Shown here in pieces: positions 40,343 to 50,421 of a stretch of DNA of 64,000 nt. The position numbers and the translations under genes are program-made. The notes beneath the pieces are model-generated. The model worked only from the letters and a program-made list of their open reading frames with translations. It did no database searches and was not told the origin of the DNA. Where the stretch lies: assembly GCA_000092065.1 (NCBI GenBank), contig CP000588.1. The stretch is one strand, 5' to 3'. Source of the stretch: Ostreococcus lucimarinus (Eukaryota). Each line of letters opens with the position of its first letter. Position 1 is the stretch's first letter.

Positions 40343-42568
40343 CTATGGGAAGTATCGCGTCGGCGTGGGTTTGGGTTTGGCCGGCGCTTGTTTGCTCTTC
40401 GGCGTCCACTCGCATGCGCTCGGCTCTGCCGCGTGCGCCTTCTTCTTTCCACCGGGCTTCCACTCGCACGCGGATCCCTGTGCGACGGCTCCATGCGCCG
40501 CCTTATGCTCGGCACGGTGCTTGATCTGCGTCTCGAGTGCCACACGGACGTTTTCATCCAAAACATGAGCCATTTTGCACATCTTCAGGAGCTCGTACGG
40601 TTCATCTTCAATCGGTCGATCGCGGTCCGCCGCAACCACGCATATGAAACCAAAAGGCTCCGTCGTGCCTGCCTTGCACCGAAGCTGGTGCGTATCACCC
40701 GGTGCGGTATACCCGACGTCACCCACCCCAAGATGGTAAGACTCCAGACCGAGCTGGATTTCGCCTTCCCCTCGAAGCACTACGACGACGTGTTCGTGTT
40801 GGTGGTGCTCGAGCGTCGTCCATCCACCCGGGGCAACTTCAAAGTAACGCACGTGGAAAACTGGACTCTCTCCTCGCTTTCCGATGAGTTCGATGCGTGA
40901 ACACTCCTTGAAACTCGCCCCATCCATCTTGTACATTTCCTGCGGTACGCGCTCCCACTGAAACTCTCCCTTCTTTCTATTGAGTACCTTGCTATGATTT
41001 CCGTCTAGCGGCCCCTCAGACGCGTGTTTAGTTCCATTTCTCTTCGCCTCGGCGTCCATCAGGCTCTTCACGAGCGTCGTCAGCTCGTCAACCTTAGACT
41101 CGAGCGCATAATTCTTCTCTTTAAGCGCGCTCATTTGAGCAACGGCTTCAGGGTCAAGGCCCACCGTCCACGGCGTCGACGGCGGCGCAGCCGGATACGT
41201 GCCGTGCGGAGTCAGAGGGTATGGGCTATGTGCACTCGAACTCTCGTCTACGAGTTTCAATCTGGGTCGCATGCCGCTTCCCGGGGTGAAAAGTCCGTTG
41301 CTGTAGTGCGTTGGCACGTGATAGCTGCCAGGTTGTGATTCTCGAGGCCCGTAGATGTCGGTGCGACCCGCCATAGTCAGGATGTGCCTCGCATTCGCCG
41401 TCAAGTCCGAGCTATGGCTGTATAGTGATCCACCGACGAGGAGTAAAACATCTTGACCGTACGTCTCCATCATCACTTTAACCTTGTCGAGCGTCATGCC
41501 GCCGCCCGGACTCGGTAAGATTGACGGGTGGTGCGCCAAGACTCGCCTGGCACCGTGAACAATGTCTTTGCACTCTTCAACACTGAAGCCAAACCGCCCG
41601 CCAAAGTTTGGGAAAATAGTCGCATCTGCACCAGCCAATCGCGGTAGCAACCCGAGCAGGACGCCATGAGCAAATCCGCGAATGGTGTTTTGGCTTCCGC
41701 CGCCGAGCATGGCGCCGAGAATAGCGGGGTGCGCGATGATGGGAAGCCCAAAATCGGGATCTTCTGCCAGCGCTCGCATGCTATCCAAACCCGTGATTCC
41801 TGGAATCATCAACACCGCCCCAGCACCCGCGGCCTTGGCGAACTTGGCGCGCTGTACGACCAAGTGCGCCGGAGCGTTGATGCACGGCGCGTAGATGCAC
41901 CGCCGTCCCGTCTCCGCGTTCGCCCGTTTCACCGCCGCCGCACACGCCCGCACGCGCTCCTCATACGGGGCGTACCGTTGATTCGCCAATCCATGATCAT
42001 CCTTTATGATGTCAATTCCCCCCTTCGCGAACGCGTACGCCATTTCCGCAAGTTTCTCGCTCGGCGTCCCCATCGGCTTGAGCGCCGTCATCACAATGGG
42101 TCCGCGTTCGACCCCGAGCAATTTCCTCAGCCCCTTCGCCCCGAACCTCGCTCCCGCGAACTTCCCTAGCATCGCATCCGAAAGTTCCACGTCTCGCACC
42201 ATCACCCGTTCCTTTATGCTCGTGTTCCCGAAGATGACGTTCACCAGCTGCGGCAACTCGCCGCCCGCGCAGTCGTCGGCGTACCGCACCTTGGCCCTGT
42301 ACACGTCCCCACTCGCGCCTTTCCCGCGCGCGTCCACCCCCGAAGCGCACCGCTCGATCGACACGCATTTTCCCACGACGTGCTCGTTGATCCACGTCCC
42401 CGGCGGGACGAGCGCTTCGGGTAACTCGACGGTTTGCTCGAGACACAGCGCGTCGACGATCTGTCGCGCCTCCGCGTTCGACGTCGCGTCGACGTCGTAC
42501 GTGACGTGAAAGCACGACGACGCGCCGTCGCGCGTTAACGAAGGCGTCGCCGGGGCGTCGCGTGGCAT
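40343..42568 (-). CDS. RuBisCO-like protein (form IV RLP large-subunit fold) fused to a C-terminal cupin domain, 741 aa.
   Basis: The N-terminal ~400 aa are collinear with RuBisCO large subunit/RLP (GTWINEH, KPMGTPSEKLAEMAYAFAKGGIDIIKDDHGLANQ, a Gly-rich loop). The C-terminal ~250 aa contain a cupin-type His cluster (PGGWTTLEHHQHEHVVVVLRGEGE...GDTHQ), preceded by a coiled-coil and Pro-rich linker. Confidence 0.65.
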   Translation of the reverse strand: MPRDAPATPSLTRDGASSCFHVTYDVDATSNAEARQIVDALCLEQTVELPEALVPPGTWINEHVVGKCVSIERCASGVDARGKGASGDVYRAKVRYADDCAGGELPQLVNVIFGNTSIKERVMVRDVELSDAMLGKFAGARFGAKGLRKLLGVERGPIVMTALKPMGTPSEKLAEMAYAFAKGGIDIIKDDHGLANQRYAPYEERVRACAAAVKRANAETGRRCIYAPCINAPAHLVVQRAKFAKAAGAGAVLMIPGITGLDSMRALAEDPDFGLPIIAHPAILGAMLGGGSQNTIRGFAHGVLLGLLPRLAGADATIFPNFGGRFGFSVEECKDIVHGARRVLAHHPSILPSPGGGMTLDKVKVMMETYGQDVLLLVGGSLYSHSSDLTANARHILTMAGRTDIYGPRESQPGSYHVPTHYSNGLFTPGSGMRPRLKLVDESSSAHSPYPLTPHGTYPAAPPSTPWTVGLDPEAVAQMSALKEKNYALESKVDELTTLVKSLMDAEAKRNGTKHASEGPLDGNHSKVLNRKKGEFQWERVPQEMYKMDGASFKECSRIELIGKRGESPVFHVRYFEVAPGGWTTLEHHQHEHVVVVLRGEGEIQLGLESYHLGVGDVGYTAPGDTHQLRCKAGTTEPFGFICVVAADRDRPIEDEPYELLKMCKMAHVLDENVRVALETQIKHRAEHKAAHGAVAQGSACEWKPGGKKKAHAAEPSACEWTPKSKQAPAKPKPTPTRYFP

Positions 42569-42668
42569 GACGCGCGTCGTGCGCGTCGCGCGACGCGCAG
42601 TGACGATCGCGGCGAGGTTTCCCGCAGAACGCGACGACGACGTTCAGCGCGCGTCCATCGAGCGCGGC

Positions 42669-43814
42669 ATGCCGACGCGCGCGAAGAAGAAGCGCGCGAT
42701 CGACGACGACGACGACGCGTCGTCGTCCGCGATCGACGACGACGCGACGGGGGCGAACGAGGAAGAGGAGGCGGTGGTGGCGATGATGATGAATTCGCTG
42801 CAGCCGAATCCGAAGACGAAAACGACAGTCGCGCCGACGCCGAACGCGAGCGGAGGGAAGAAGAGCGATGATAAAATGACGGAGATTTACCTGGAGCTCG
42901 CCGCGCGGTTCGTGTTGAACGCGCCGCCGAGCGAAATCGAGGATTTCAATCGATTGATGTTTCTCATAGAGCAGGCGCACTGGTATTACATCGACTTTAC
43001 GTGCGAACAAGACGCGTCTTTGAGCGCGAGCATGGGTTTAAACGAGTTCGCCAAGGGGATGATCAGCAGCGTGGAGACGCTGAAGTCGCGAATCCCTGGA
43101 TTTAAGAATAATTTCGAGAAGTTTAAGTCGTATAAGTTTGCAATCCCGACGTGCGGCGCGGTGCTGTTGAATCCGACTATGGATAAATGTTTGATGGTTA
43201 GAGGGTGGGGCAGTCAGAATAAGTCGTTAGGATTTCCCAAAGGGAAGATGGATGCTAATGAGACCGAGGCAGAGTGCGCGGCGAGAGAGGTTGAGGAGGA
43301 GATCGGGGTGGACATTCGACAGTTCATAGTGGAGGAGGACAAGGTGGTGTTTATGCGAAAGCGGAAACCATCCGACAAGTTGGGTCAAAAGAACACGCTG
43401 TACTTGATTCAGGGGATCTCCGAAGAGACAAAATTCTTGACGCACACGCGAAAAGAAATATCGGACATCGTGTGGAACCCTCTCTGGATCTTTGATCAGC
43501 CCGAAGAAGCGTTGAAAAAGTTCAAAAACAAGTATGGGCAAATCTACCCGGCTTTACGGGACATCATGGCGTGGGTGAAGCAGAACAAGAAAAAGCACCC
43601 GAAGCCGCGAACGAATCAAGTAGCGGCGCCGCAATCGCCCGCCGCGGGACGCGCGGCGCCGATGTCTCTAGAAGATCTCGAAAACGAGCTCATGTCTGGA
43701 TACGACGACGAACCCGAGGACGACGAGCCCGCCAAGCCGCACAAGGCGTTCGAGGCGTTGACGAATTTCAAGTTCAACAAAGCACGTATCCTTCAGCCTT
43801 TCGTGCGTGGATGA
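42669..43814 (+). CDS. DCP2: mRNA-decapping enzyme DCP2 (Box A plus Nudix).
   Basis: Box A (LELAARFVLNAPPSEIEDFNRLMFLIEQAHWYYIDF) and Nudix box (GFPKGKMDANETEAECAAREVEEEIG). The ORF track start at 42567 overlaps the divergent RLP start; the first ATG is at 42669. Confidence 0.7.
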   Translation: MPTRAKKKRAIDDDDDASSSAIDDDATGANEEEEAVVAMMMNSLQPNPKTKTTVAPTPNASGGKKSDDKMTEIYLELAARFVLNAPPSEIEDFNRLMFLIEQAHWYYIDFTCEQDASLSASMGLNEFAKGMISSVETLKSRIPGFKNNFEKFKSYKFAIPTCGAVLLNPTMDKCLMVRGWGSQNKSLGFPKGKMDANETEAECAAREVEEEIGVDIRQFIVEEDKVVFMRKRKPSDKLGQKNTLYLIQGISEETKFLTHTRKEISDIVWNPLWIFDQPEEALKKFKNKYGQIYPALRDIMAWVKQNKKKHPKPRTNQVAAPQSPAAGRAAPMSLEDLENELMSGYDDEPEDDEPAKPHKAFEALTNFKFNKARILQPFVRG

Positions 43815-43931
43815 GGAGGGATTCGCGTTGCTTTTGTACAGTACGCTGTAATTGATTCAAAACCTTCACCACACGTCGTCTCGTTGAGCGTCGCGCGCAC
43901 AGCCTCAGACGCCGGTGCGCTGGCGTCAAAC

Positions 43932-45356
43932 ATGTCCGACTTTGGGACGGAAGAGCTAAGTGCCCGCGGCGTTTGCGCGCAAGCTCGGCCGTTCTCGTAC
44001 TTCGACGCGTTCGTGAAGACGTTCAGCGACGCGTACGACCGCGAAAGTAACCCAGACGGTTACATAAACCTTGCCGTGGCACAAAACAACTTGACGGTTG
44101 ATTTGTTGCACGACAGATTTAATGACGCCCTCAAAGAGCTTTCACCGTCGACGACGGCGCAGTACGACGACATGAAAGGTAGCCACGCGATGCGATGCGC
44201 GATGGCGAGACACATGACCCGCAGGGTCGTCGCGGACGACTCCGTGGAAGCAGTGCGCGCGGAAGATTTGGTGCTGTCGAGCGGTGCGGGGGCGGTCATT
44301 GAAAATTTGGTGTTTTGCGTGTGCAATGAGGGCGATGGCGTGTTCATTCCGTCACCGTACTACCCCGCGTTTCCGAACGATTTGCGGGCACGATTAGGGG
44401 TGCAAACGGTGCCTGTGAGCTCGACTCGGTCGAGTGCGTCGCGCGGACAAGTTTGCTTGCCACAGGTTGGCGCGGATTATGACCAGGCCGCGCGCGGACA
44501 AGTTTGCTTGCCACAGGTTGGCGCGGATTATGACCAGGCCGCGCGCCGGCGAAATATCGAGGAGCGAAAGGATCTACATATGAAGATGATTTTGTTGTCG
44601 AATCCGAGCAATCCGCAGGGGATTATTTACTCGAGAGAGGACATGGAAGAGACCATTGTGTGGGCGGTGTCGCAGAAACTCCACGTCATTTCCGATGAAA
44701 TTTATGCGTGTTCAATCTTTGGCGAAGGAGGGCACGCCTTTGTGAGCGCGATCAGCATCGTGGAAAAACTGATCAAGGACGCACTCGATCGCGGTGACGC
44801 AGAATTCGCGCAAAATTGCAGGGATTACGTGCATGTTGTATACGGAATGTCCAAAGATTTCTGCGCAAGTGGTTACCGAGTCGGCGCGCTTTGGACTCAA
44901 AACGCCGGCATCCACAGAGCTTTGGATAATGTATCTTATTTTTGCGCAATTCCTGGACCAATGCAGCACGCTCTTGCGATCGTGCTCAATGACGACGAAT
45001 TTCTCGACGGTTTCTTTGAGGAGAATCGTAAGAGGCTGCGCAAGCAATACGCCACGGTGGCGGAGAGGATCGATGCCTCAGTCATCGAAATCGTCCCTAC
45101 TAGCGGCATGTTCGTGTACTTTAACCTTCGAAAATACTTACCAGAGATACAGCCCACGTACGAGGACGAGCACAGGCTCTGGAATCATATATATACCGAG
45201 GCCAAAGTGGTGCTCACTCCTGGCAAAGACTGCGCGAGCGATGAGCCGGGATGGTTCCGAATGTGCTTCGCCGCCGTCCCCGAACACACCTTGCGTCAGG
45301 CCATCGAACGCATCCGCGCTGCATTTGAGACCATACGCGATTCTTCTAGATGTTAA
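43932..45356 (+). CDS. ACC-synthase-like class I/II PLP aminotransferase.
   Basis: NPSNPQG and the YGMSKDF(C)ASGYRVG PLP-Lys region, collinear with ACS/aminotransferase fold type I. Contains the 51-bp duplication listed separately. Confidence 0.75.
   Translation: MSDFGTEELSARGVCAQARPFSYFDAFVKTFSDAYDRESNPDGYINLAVAQNNLTVDLLHDRFNDALKELSPSTTAQYDDMKGSHAMRCAMARHMTRRVVADDSVEAVRAEDLVLSSGAGAVIENLVFCVCNEGDGVFIPSPYYPAFPNDLRARLGVQTVPVSSTRSSASRGQVCLPQVGADYDQAARGQVCLPQVGADYDQAARRRNIEERKDLHMKMILLSNPSNPQGIIYSREDMEETIVWAVSQKLHVISDEIYACSIFGEGGHAFVSAISIVEKLIKDALDRGDAEFAQNCRDYVHVVYGMSKDFCASGYRVGALWTQNAGIHRALDNVSYFCAIPGPMQHALAIVLNDDEFLDGFFEENRKRLRKQYATVAERIDASVIEIVPTSGMFVYFNLRKYLPEIQPTYEDEHRLWNHIYTEAKVVLTPGKDCASDEPGWFRMCFAAVPEHTLRQAIERIRAAFETIRDSSRC
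44442..44543. repeat. Perfect 51-bp x2 tandem duplication inside the aminotransferase CDS.
   Basis: cgcggacaagtttgcttgccacaggttggcgcggattatgaccaggccgcg occurs twice back to back. It encodes RGQVCLPQVGADYDQAA twice, in frame. Confidence 0.9.
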
Positions 45357-45398
45357 TAGGTTTTGTGGTAAATTTGAGTTGCATCGCTAGCTTGAAAG

Positions 45399-48300
45399 TT
45401 GACGCCAACGCTCCTTTGTAGATGTCCCAATTGCCCTGCGGCGCGAACGCCACAGCATCGCGCGTCGATGTTAGTAACCGATCTCGCGTTCGCTCGTACG
45501 TCTCAAACGATGCATCACAACCGTCATCGCGCGCGATCCGGACGCTCGACGCGCTCAACGACGACGAATCGCGCGCGAACGCGCACGACGGTCCGGTCGG
45601 CGGCTCGAGCGCATTATCAAGACGGCGACGCGCACGCGGCGTCGCAGGAGGGTTACTACAGGTTCCCGGTGATCCGTGGTAACGAGTTGTTCTTCGTGTG
45701 CGAAGACGACGTGTACGCGACCACGATCTCGGGGCTCGATAAACGCGAGAGCGGCGCGGAGACGACGCCGCCGCGACGGCTGACGCAGGCGCACGGCGCG
45801 GTGCAGCGGTTAGTCGTCTCTCCCGATGGATCACGCGTCGCGTTCGCGTGCGCAGAGGATGGATACACCGAAATATACGTCGTGGACGCGCGTGGAGGTC
45901 CTATGAAACAGTTGACACACATGGGGGCTTCGTACGCGCGGGCGTGCTGCTTTTCAGAGGATGGTCGACGGGTGTACTTTACGTCGAGCGGGGCGACGGC
46001 GGAACCGAATGGAGACGAGCTTTGGGTGGTGGACTGCGATGGTGGAGCGCCAATGAGAATGAACCTCGGTCCAGTGCATGATTTCGACGTGCGCAACGTG
46101 AACGGGAAAGAATTGGTTGTCCTCGGTCGTAATACTGAAGACACGGCGACGAAACACTGGGACGGATACGCGGGCGGCGCCGGTGGAGAGATTTGGTATG
46201 GGACCTTAGATAATTTGCTGCGACTTGACTTGCGTCTTCCAAACGAGCGTTTGTTGCGAAATGTTGGCAACGTGTCGTGGTTTGACGACGAGCACGTCGC
46301 GTTCACGGAAGCGGGCGGGCGTTCGACAGCGTTCAAGGCTAAAATTGATACCAATGAATTCAACACTCGCATCGTAGATTGTCAAGGATTCAGTGACTCC
46401 ACAGCAGACAACGAAGACATTAAGTACTTTCCCGTGCGTCATCTGAGCATTGATGTCAGTAGGCAAAGAATCGTGTACACCAGAGGCGGGGATGTATTCG
46501 TGGCAGAAGTTGTAGGTGGCGAACATAAGTCACCTATAAGGTTGCCTATTGAGTGGCGTGGACCTCGTACACAGCTTGCAAAACGATTTGTTCACGCGGA
46601 TGATTGGATCGAAGACTGGGATTTACACCCAGAAGGCTTGACGATGATGGTTCTTGTTCGCGGCCAACCGTTCACGATGGGCATCTGGGATGGACCGGTG
46701 TTGAGTTATCCGCCAGCGACGAAACTGCGATCACCCCAAAGCTCAGTGATAGCACCACTGGCGTCTCTTGCACAAAAGAGTCAAGCGCGTGTCCGGCATG
46801 GGGCTTACTTGTACGACGGTGAACGTCTCGTTTTTGTATCGGACGCCAGTGGTGAGGAGGACATTGAAGTGCATTGGGAAGAAGCTGAGCGACCGGCAAA
46901 ACGATTAGGATTGCATCACGAGTTGCTTGGAAGAGTAGAACGCCTGATACCTAGTCCAGAGGCGCCATTGGTGGCGATCGTGAACCACAGAAACTCACTG
47001 TTGATAGTCAACGTTGAAACTGGGGAAATGCGAACGGCTGACACGTCGAGTGAAGTGGACGGAATCGACGATTTGACGTGGAGTCCTTGCGGGAATTGGC
47101 TCGCTTACACGTACTACTTAAACAACGAAAGATCCTGTATTCGCATTCTCGATGTTCGGAACGGAAAGGTGTTCGATGCCACAAACCCTGTGCTCGGAGA
47201 TCACTCACCTGCGTGGGATCCCGACGGCAAATATCTGTACTTTTTAGGATCTCGAGAACTCGAACCGGTGTACGATGCCGCCACGTTTGGCTTAAATTTT
47301 CCAACTGTTGAACGCCCTCATTTGATCATACTGCAAAAGGATTTACGTAATCCACTTCTCAAGGAGCTCAGACCGCCGTACGATACGGAATCGTCGTCTG
47401 GCTCTGACTATGACTCTGAAACAGATAGTGATGTGGGAAGAAAGATGGATAAACGAGGCAATGGAAGGGACTACATGCCTCGCAAGAAGCCAGTTGTGGA
47501 TAAGGATGATGATGGCAGCGACTGGTCAACTGTGGATGGAGACAGTGATGACCAAATCTTGTCGAGCGGCGACGAGGATGACGATTACGAATCAGACGCG
47601 TCATATTACCATGAAGACGCGCCCCCTGCGATTGAGATTCACATCGATGGCTTGACAGAAAGGGTAGTTGCGCTCCCAATGCCGATATCACGTTATGATT
47701 GCCTTTGCGGTCTTGAAGACGGACGATTTATGGTTGTTGAATACCCTCCGAGTCGCGGCTCTCCCGGAAGCGTTGGTTTGGACTACTCGTCCGATGAAGA
47801 TGATGACGGTTTGGGTTCCCTTATTTCTTACAGTATCCGAGATTTGCGTCGAAGTATCTTAATACACGGTGGCGTGAGCGAAGTGTCACTGTCGATGGAT
47901 CGCAAATGCATGGTTGTGGAAAAAGAGTCGGATGGATTCCTAGAGCTTCGCGTTTACAAAGCTGGCGTGCGGCCGGAGGAAGAAGGGAGCGACAGCGAAG
48001 AATTGGATCAAATGCGGTGCGATCGTAGGACTGGCTTGGTGAATCTAGATGGTCGCATTCGTGTACTAGTTGATCCTGCGAGAGAGTGGGCACAGATGCT
48101 CGGGGAAGTGTATCGTCGTCTTCGCGACGACCTCTGGACTGAGAAAATTTGGAATGAAACGATTGGCGATGACTGGGAAGTCATGTTTGAGGAGTATGTG
48201 AAAGTGCTTCCAAAAGTGAGTACGCGGACCGAGTTTGGGGATTTATTGCGTGAAATTGCCGCTGGCGTTTGTTACTCGCACGTGGCTATCACGTCTGGTG

Positions 48301-49574
48301 ATCCTGGACGCTCCCATCGCAGACACTCTGCTGGGTATCTCGGCGCTGACTTCACTTGGGACGGCAAAGTCGGCGGTTATCGCATCTTGAACATCGTGAA
48401 GGGTGACATATGGGACGACATGCGAGGTGGTGTGCTCAGCAAACCGGGCGTCAATATCCACGAGGGTGACATACTTCTCTCGATCGATAGAGTACCGCTC
48501 ACCGAAGATGTTCCGCCGGCTGCGTTGTTGATTGAGAAGGGTGGCGTTGAAGTTCTGTTGACGGTCAAAATTGATAGCGACGGCAAAGGTGGTATTGACG
48601 AAGCGCTCGACAGACTCATGCTGAAAAAACAAAAGAACAAGAAAAAGGACAAGAGAGATGACAACGCACCGAAGAAAGGTGATGTCATCCCGGTGCGTGT
48701 CCGAGCCATGCACTCTGAAATCGATGCGAGGTATCGCGATATGATTCAGAAGCGCACGGAGCGAGTCCACAGCCTGAGCGATGGCGTCGTCGGCTACTTG
48801 CACATTCCAGACATGGAAAGCACAGGGTACTCCGAATTTTGGCGTCACTATGCGTCTGAAGTTCGCAAGGGAAGCTTGATTCTCGACTTGCGAGGTAACA
48901 CAGGCGGACACATTAGTGAATTGTTGCTCGCTAAGCTCTCGCAGCGCGCATTGGCTTGGGACATCCCGCGACGCGGCGAGGTGCAAGTTTATCCATCCAA
49001 CACGCCTGGCCCGCTCGTGATGCTGGTCGATCAACGCACAGGCTCTGATGCTGAGCTCATGGCGGAATCTTTCAGAAAACTAGGTTTAGGACGAGTCGTT
49101 GGGATGCGCACTTGGGGTGGTTTGCTCGCCATCAACGGCGTCGCCGAACTCATCGATGGGTCCGAGTTGAGTTTGCCTTCACAAAATGTGCTCCTTGTCG
49201 ACGAGGCGAAGGGCGTAGACGCGAGATCCGACGCGACACAAGCGTACACGAACGCGGTGGAAAACCGCGGCGTCATTCCGGACGTCACAGTTGACATATC
49301 TCCCGCTGAATATTCTCGCCGCGAGGACCCGCAGCTCGACACCGCCGTGCGCGAGGCGTTGCAGTTACTCAAAGACACCGGCGCCGCCGGCGTCGCGACC
49401 TACCTTCGCAAGATCCGCGAGGACGAGACAACGGCCGCTGAATTAGAACGCAAACTGACGCGCAAACCTTGGTCGTTTTCCACGTGGGCGCCGCTTCCGC
49501 CGACCAAGGAGGAAGAAGAGAAGCAACTTCGAGCCAAGCGCCGCGCCGGGCGAAATAATATCCCGCGCCCGTGA
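45399..49574 (+). CDS. Tricorn protease homolog (beta-propellers, PDZ and S41-like catalytic domain) with a eukaryote-type acidic insertion.
   Basis: N-terminal YYRFPVIRGNELFFVCEDDVY corresponds to tricorn LLRFPDIHGDKIVFVAEDDLW. The C-terminal block VVGYLHIPDMESTGYSEFWRH...GNTGGHISELL...TGSDAELMAESFRKLGLGRVVGMRTWGGLL matches TIGYIHIPDMGMMGLNEFYR...GGGFVSQLI...[30 protein letters not shown], including catalytic Ser. An inserted Asp/Ser-rich tract lies at ~47390-47640. Confidence 0.8.
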   Translation: MTPTLLCRCPNCPAARTPQHRASMLVTDLAFARTSQTMHHNRHRARSGRSTRSTTTNRARTRTTVRSAARAHYQDGDAHAASQEGYYRFPVIRGNELFFVCEDDVYATTISGLDKRESGAETTPPRRLTQAHGAVQRLVVSPDGSRVAFACAEDGYTEIYVVDARGGPMKQLTHMGASYARACCFSEDGRRVYFTSSGATAEPNGDELWVVDCDGGAPMRMNLGPVHDFDVRNVNGKELVVLGRNTEDTATKHWDGYAGGAGGEIWYGTLDNLLRLDLRLPNERLLRNVGNVSWFDDEHVAFTEAGGRSTAFKAKIDTNEFNTRIVDCQGFSDSTADNEDIKYFPVRHLSIDVSRQRIVYTRGGDVFVAEVVGGEHKSPIRLPIEWRGPRTQLAKRFVHADDWIEDWDLHPEGLTMMVLVRGQPFTMGIWDGPVLSYPPATKLRSPQSSVIAPLASLAQKSQARVRHGAYLYDGERLVFVSDASGEEDIEVHWEEAERPAKRLGLHHELLGRVERLIPSPEAPLVAIVNHRNSLLIVNVETGEMRTADTSSEVDGIDDLTWSPCGNWLAYTYYLNNERSCIRILDVRNGKVFDATNPVLGDHSPAWDPDGKYLYFLGSRELEPVYDAATFGLNFPTVERPHLIILQKDLRNPLLKELRPPYDTESSSGSDYDSETDSDVGRKMDKRGNGRDYMPRKKPVVDKDDDGSDWSTVDGDSDDQILSSGDEDDDYESDASYYHEDAPPAIEIHIDGLTERVVALPMPISRYDCLCGLEDGRFMVVEYPPSRGSPGSVGLDYSSDEDDDGLGSLISYSIRDLRRSILIHGGVSEVSLSMDRKCMVVEKESDGFLELRVYKAGVRPEEEGSDSEELDQMRCDRRTGLVNLDGRIRVLVDPAREWAQMLGEVYRRLRDDLWTEKIWNETIGDDWEVMFEEYVKVLPKVSTRTEFGDLLREIAAGVCYSHVAITSGDPGRSHRRHSAGYLGADFTWDGKVGGYRILNIVKGDIWDDMRGGVLSKPGVNIHEGDILLSIDRVPLTEDVPPAALLIEKGGVEVLLTVKIDSDGKGGIDEALDRLMLKKQKNKKKDKRDDNAPKKGDVIPVRVRAMHSEIDARYRDMIQKRTERVHSLSDGVVGYLHIPDMESTGYSEFWRHYASEVRKGSLILDLRGNTGGHISELLLAKLSQRALAWDIPRRGEVQVYPSNTPGPLVMLVDQRTGSDAELMAESFRKLGLGRVVGMRTWGGLLAINGVAELIDGSELSLPSQNVLLVDEAKGVDARSDATQAYTNAVENRGVIPDVTVDISPAEYSRREDPQLDTAVREALQLLKDTGAAGVATYLRKIREDETTAAELERKLTRKPWSFSTWAPLPPTKEEEEKQLRAKRRAGRNNIPRP

Positions 49575-49720
49575 CACCCTTGTAAAAATCATCGCTCACG
49601 CGCGCGCGCGCACGATTTCATTCTATTTATTATTCGCATTAAAACACTCGCGCCCGCGACTCTCCGTCTCTCTCTAGCTCTGAACCCAATAATCCCGTCC
49701 CGCGTTTGTCCCGCGCGCAA

Positions 49721-50023
49721 TCAAATCGCCCCCCCGTCCTCCGCCAAGAACGGGTTCGCGATCTCCTCCATCGAGTCCAGCGCCGACACCACCATCACGC
49801 TCGTCCCTCTGCACACCAACAGCCCGAGCGCCCTGGTCTCGTCCGAGATCTTCAGCGCGTCCTCCGCGTCCCTGAGATGTTCGATCGCCTCGTCGAGGAC
49901 GAGATTCAGCAGCTGATCGTACCCTTTGAGCGTCCCCGTGACCTCGCGACCGCCGCTGAGCTTGACGCGCACGCCGCGATCGATGAACCGCGCGAGGTCC
50001 AGCACCGTCTCCTTCGGCGGCAT
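49721..50023 (-). CDS. LSM7: Sm-like protein LSm7.
   Basis: Sm1/Sm2 fold sequence MPPKETVLDLARFIDRGVRVKLSGGREVTGTLKGYDQLLNLVLDEAIE...RALGLLVCRGTSVMVV. The true ATG (50023) lies inside the longer listed ORF. Confidence 0.7.
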   Translation of the reverse strand: MPPKETVLDLARFIDRGVRVKLSGGREVTGTLKGYDQLLNLVLDEAIEHLRDAEDALKISDETRALGLLVCRGTSVMVVSALDSMEEIANPFLAEDGGAI

Positions 50024-50421
50024 CGCGACGCGTCGTCGAGTGCCGCGCCGCGCCCGCGCGGGCGTTCGGAAAAGGCGCGCCCGCGCGTCCGCCGACGGCA
50101 CACCGCGCCGGTCGACGGCGCGCGCGCATGTCCATCGCGTTTCGAGCGCGAACGTCGAGCGCGGTCGTCGGCGTCGCCTGCGCGCTGTGCGCGGCGTCGC
50201 ACGTGCGAGTCGTCGACGCGCGGACGGCGCGGGACGTGTTCGGGACGGCGCGAGACGCCTCGACGTCGAGCGAGACGCCGGGCGAGCGCGGGGAGGCGAT
50301 CCTCGGCCGGGCGGCGCGAAGGGAGATCGGGCGCGCGTGGAACGCGGCGATCGACGGCGCGTTCGGGGCGGGCGTGAGAGCGCTGAGCGAGCGAAAGTTG
50401 TGAGGGACGCGTTTTCGGACG

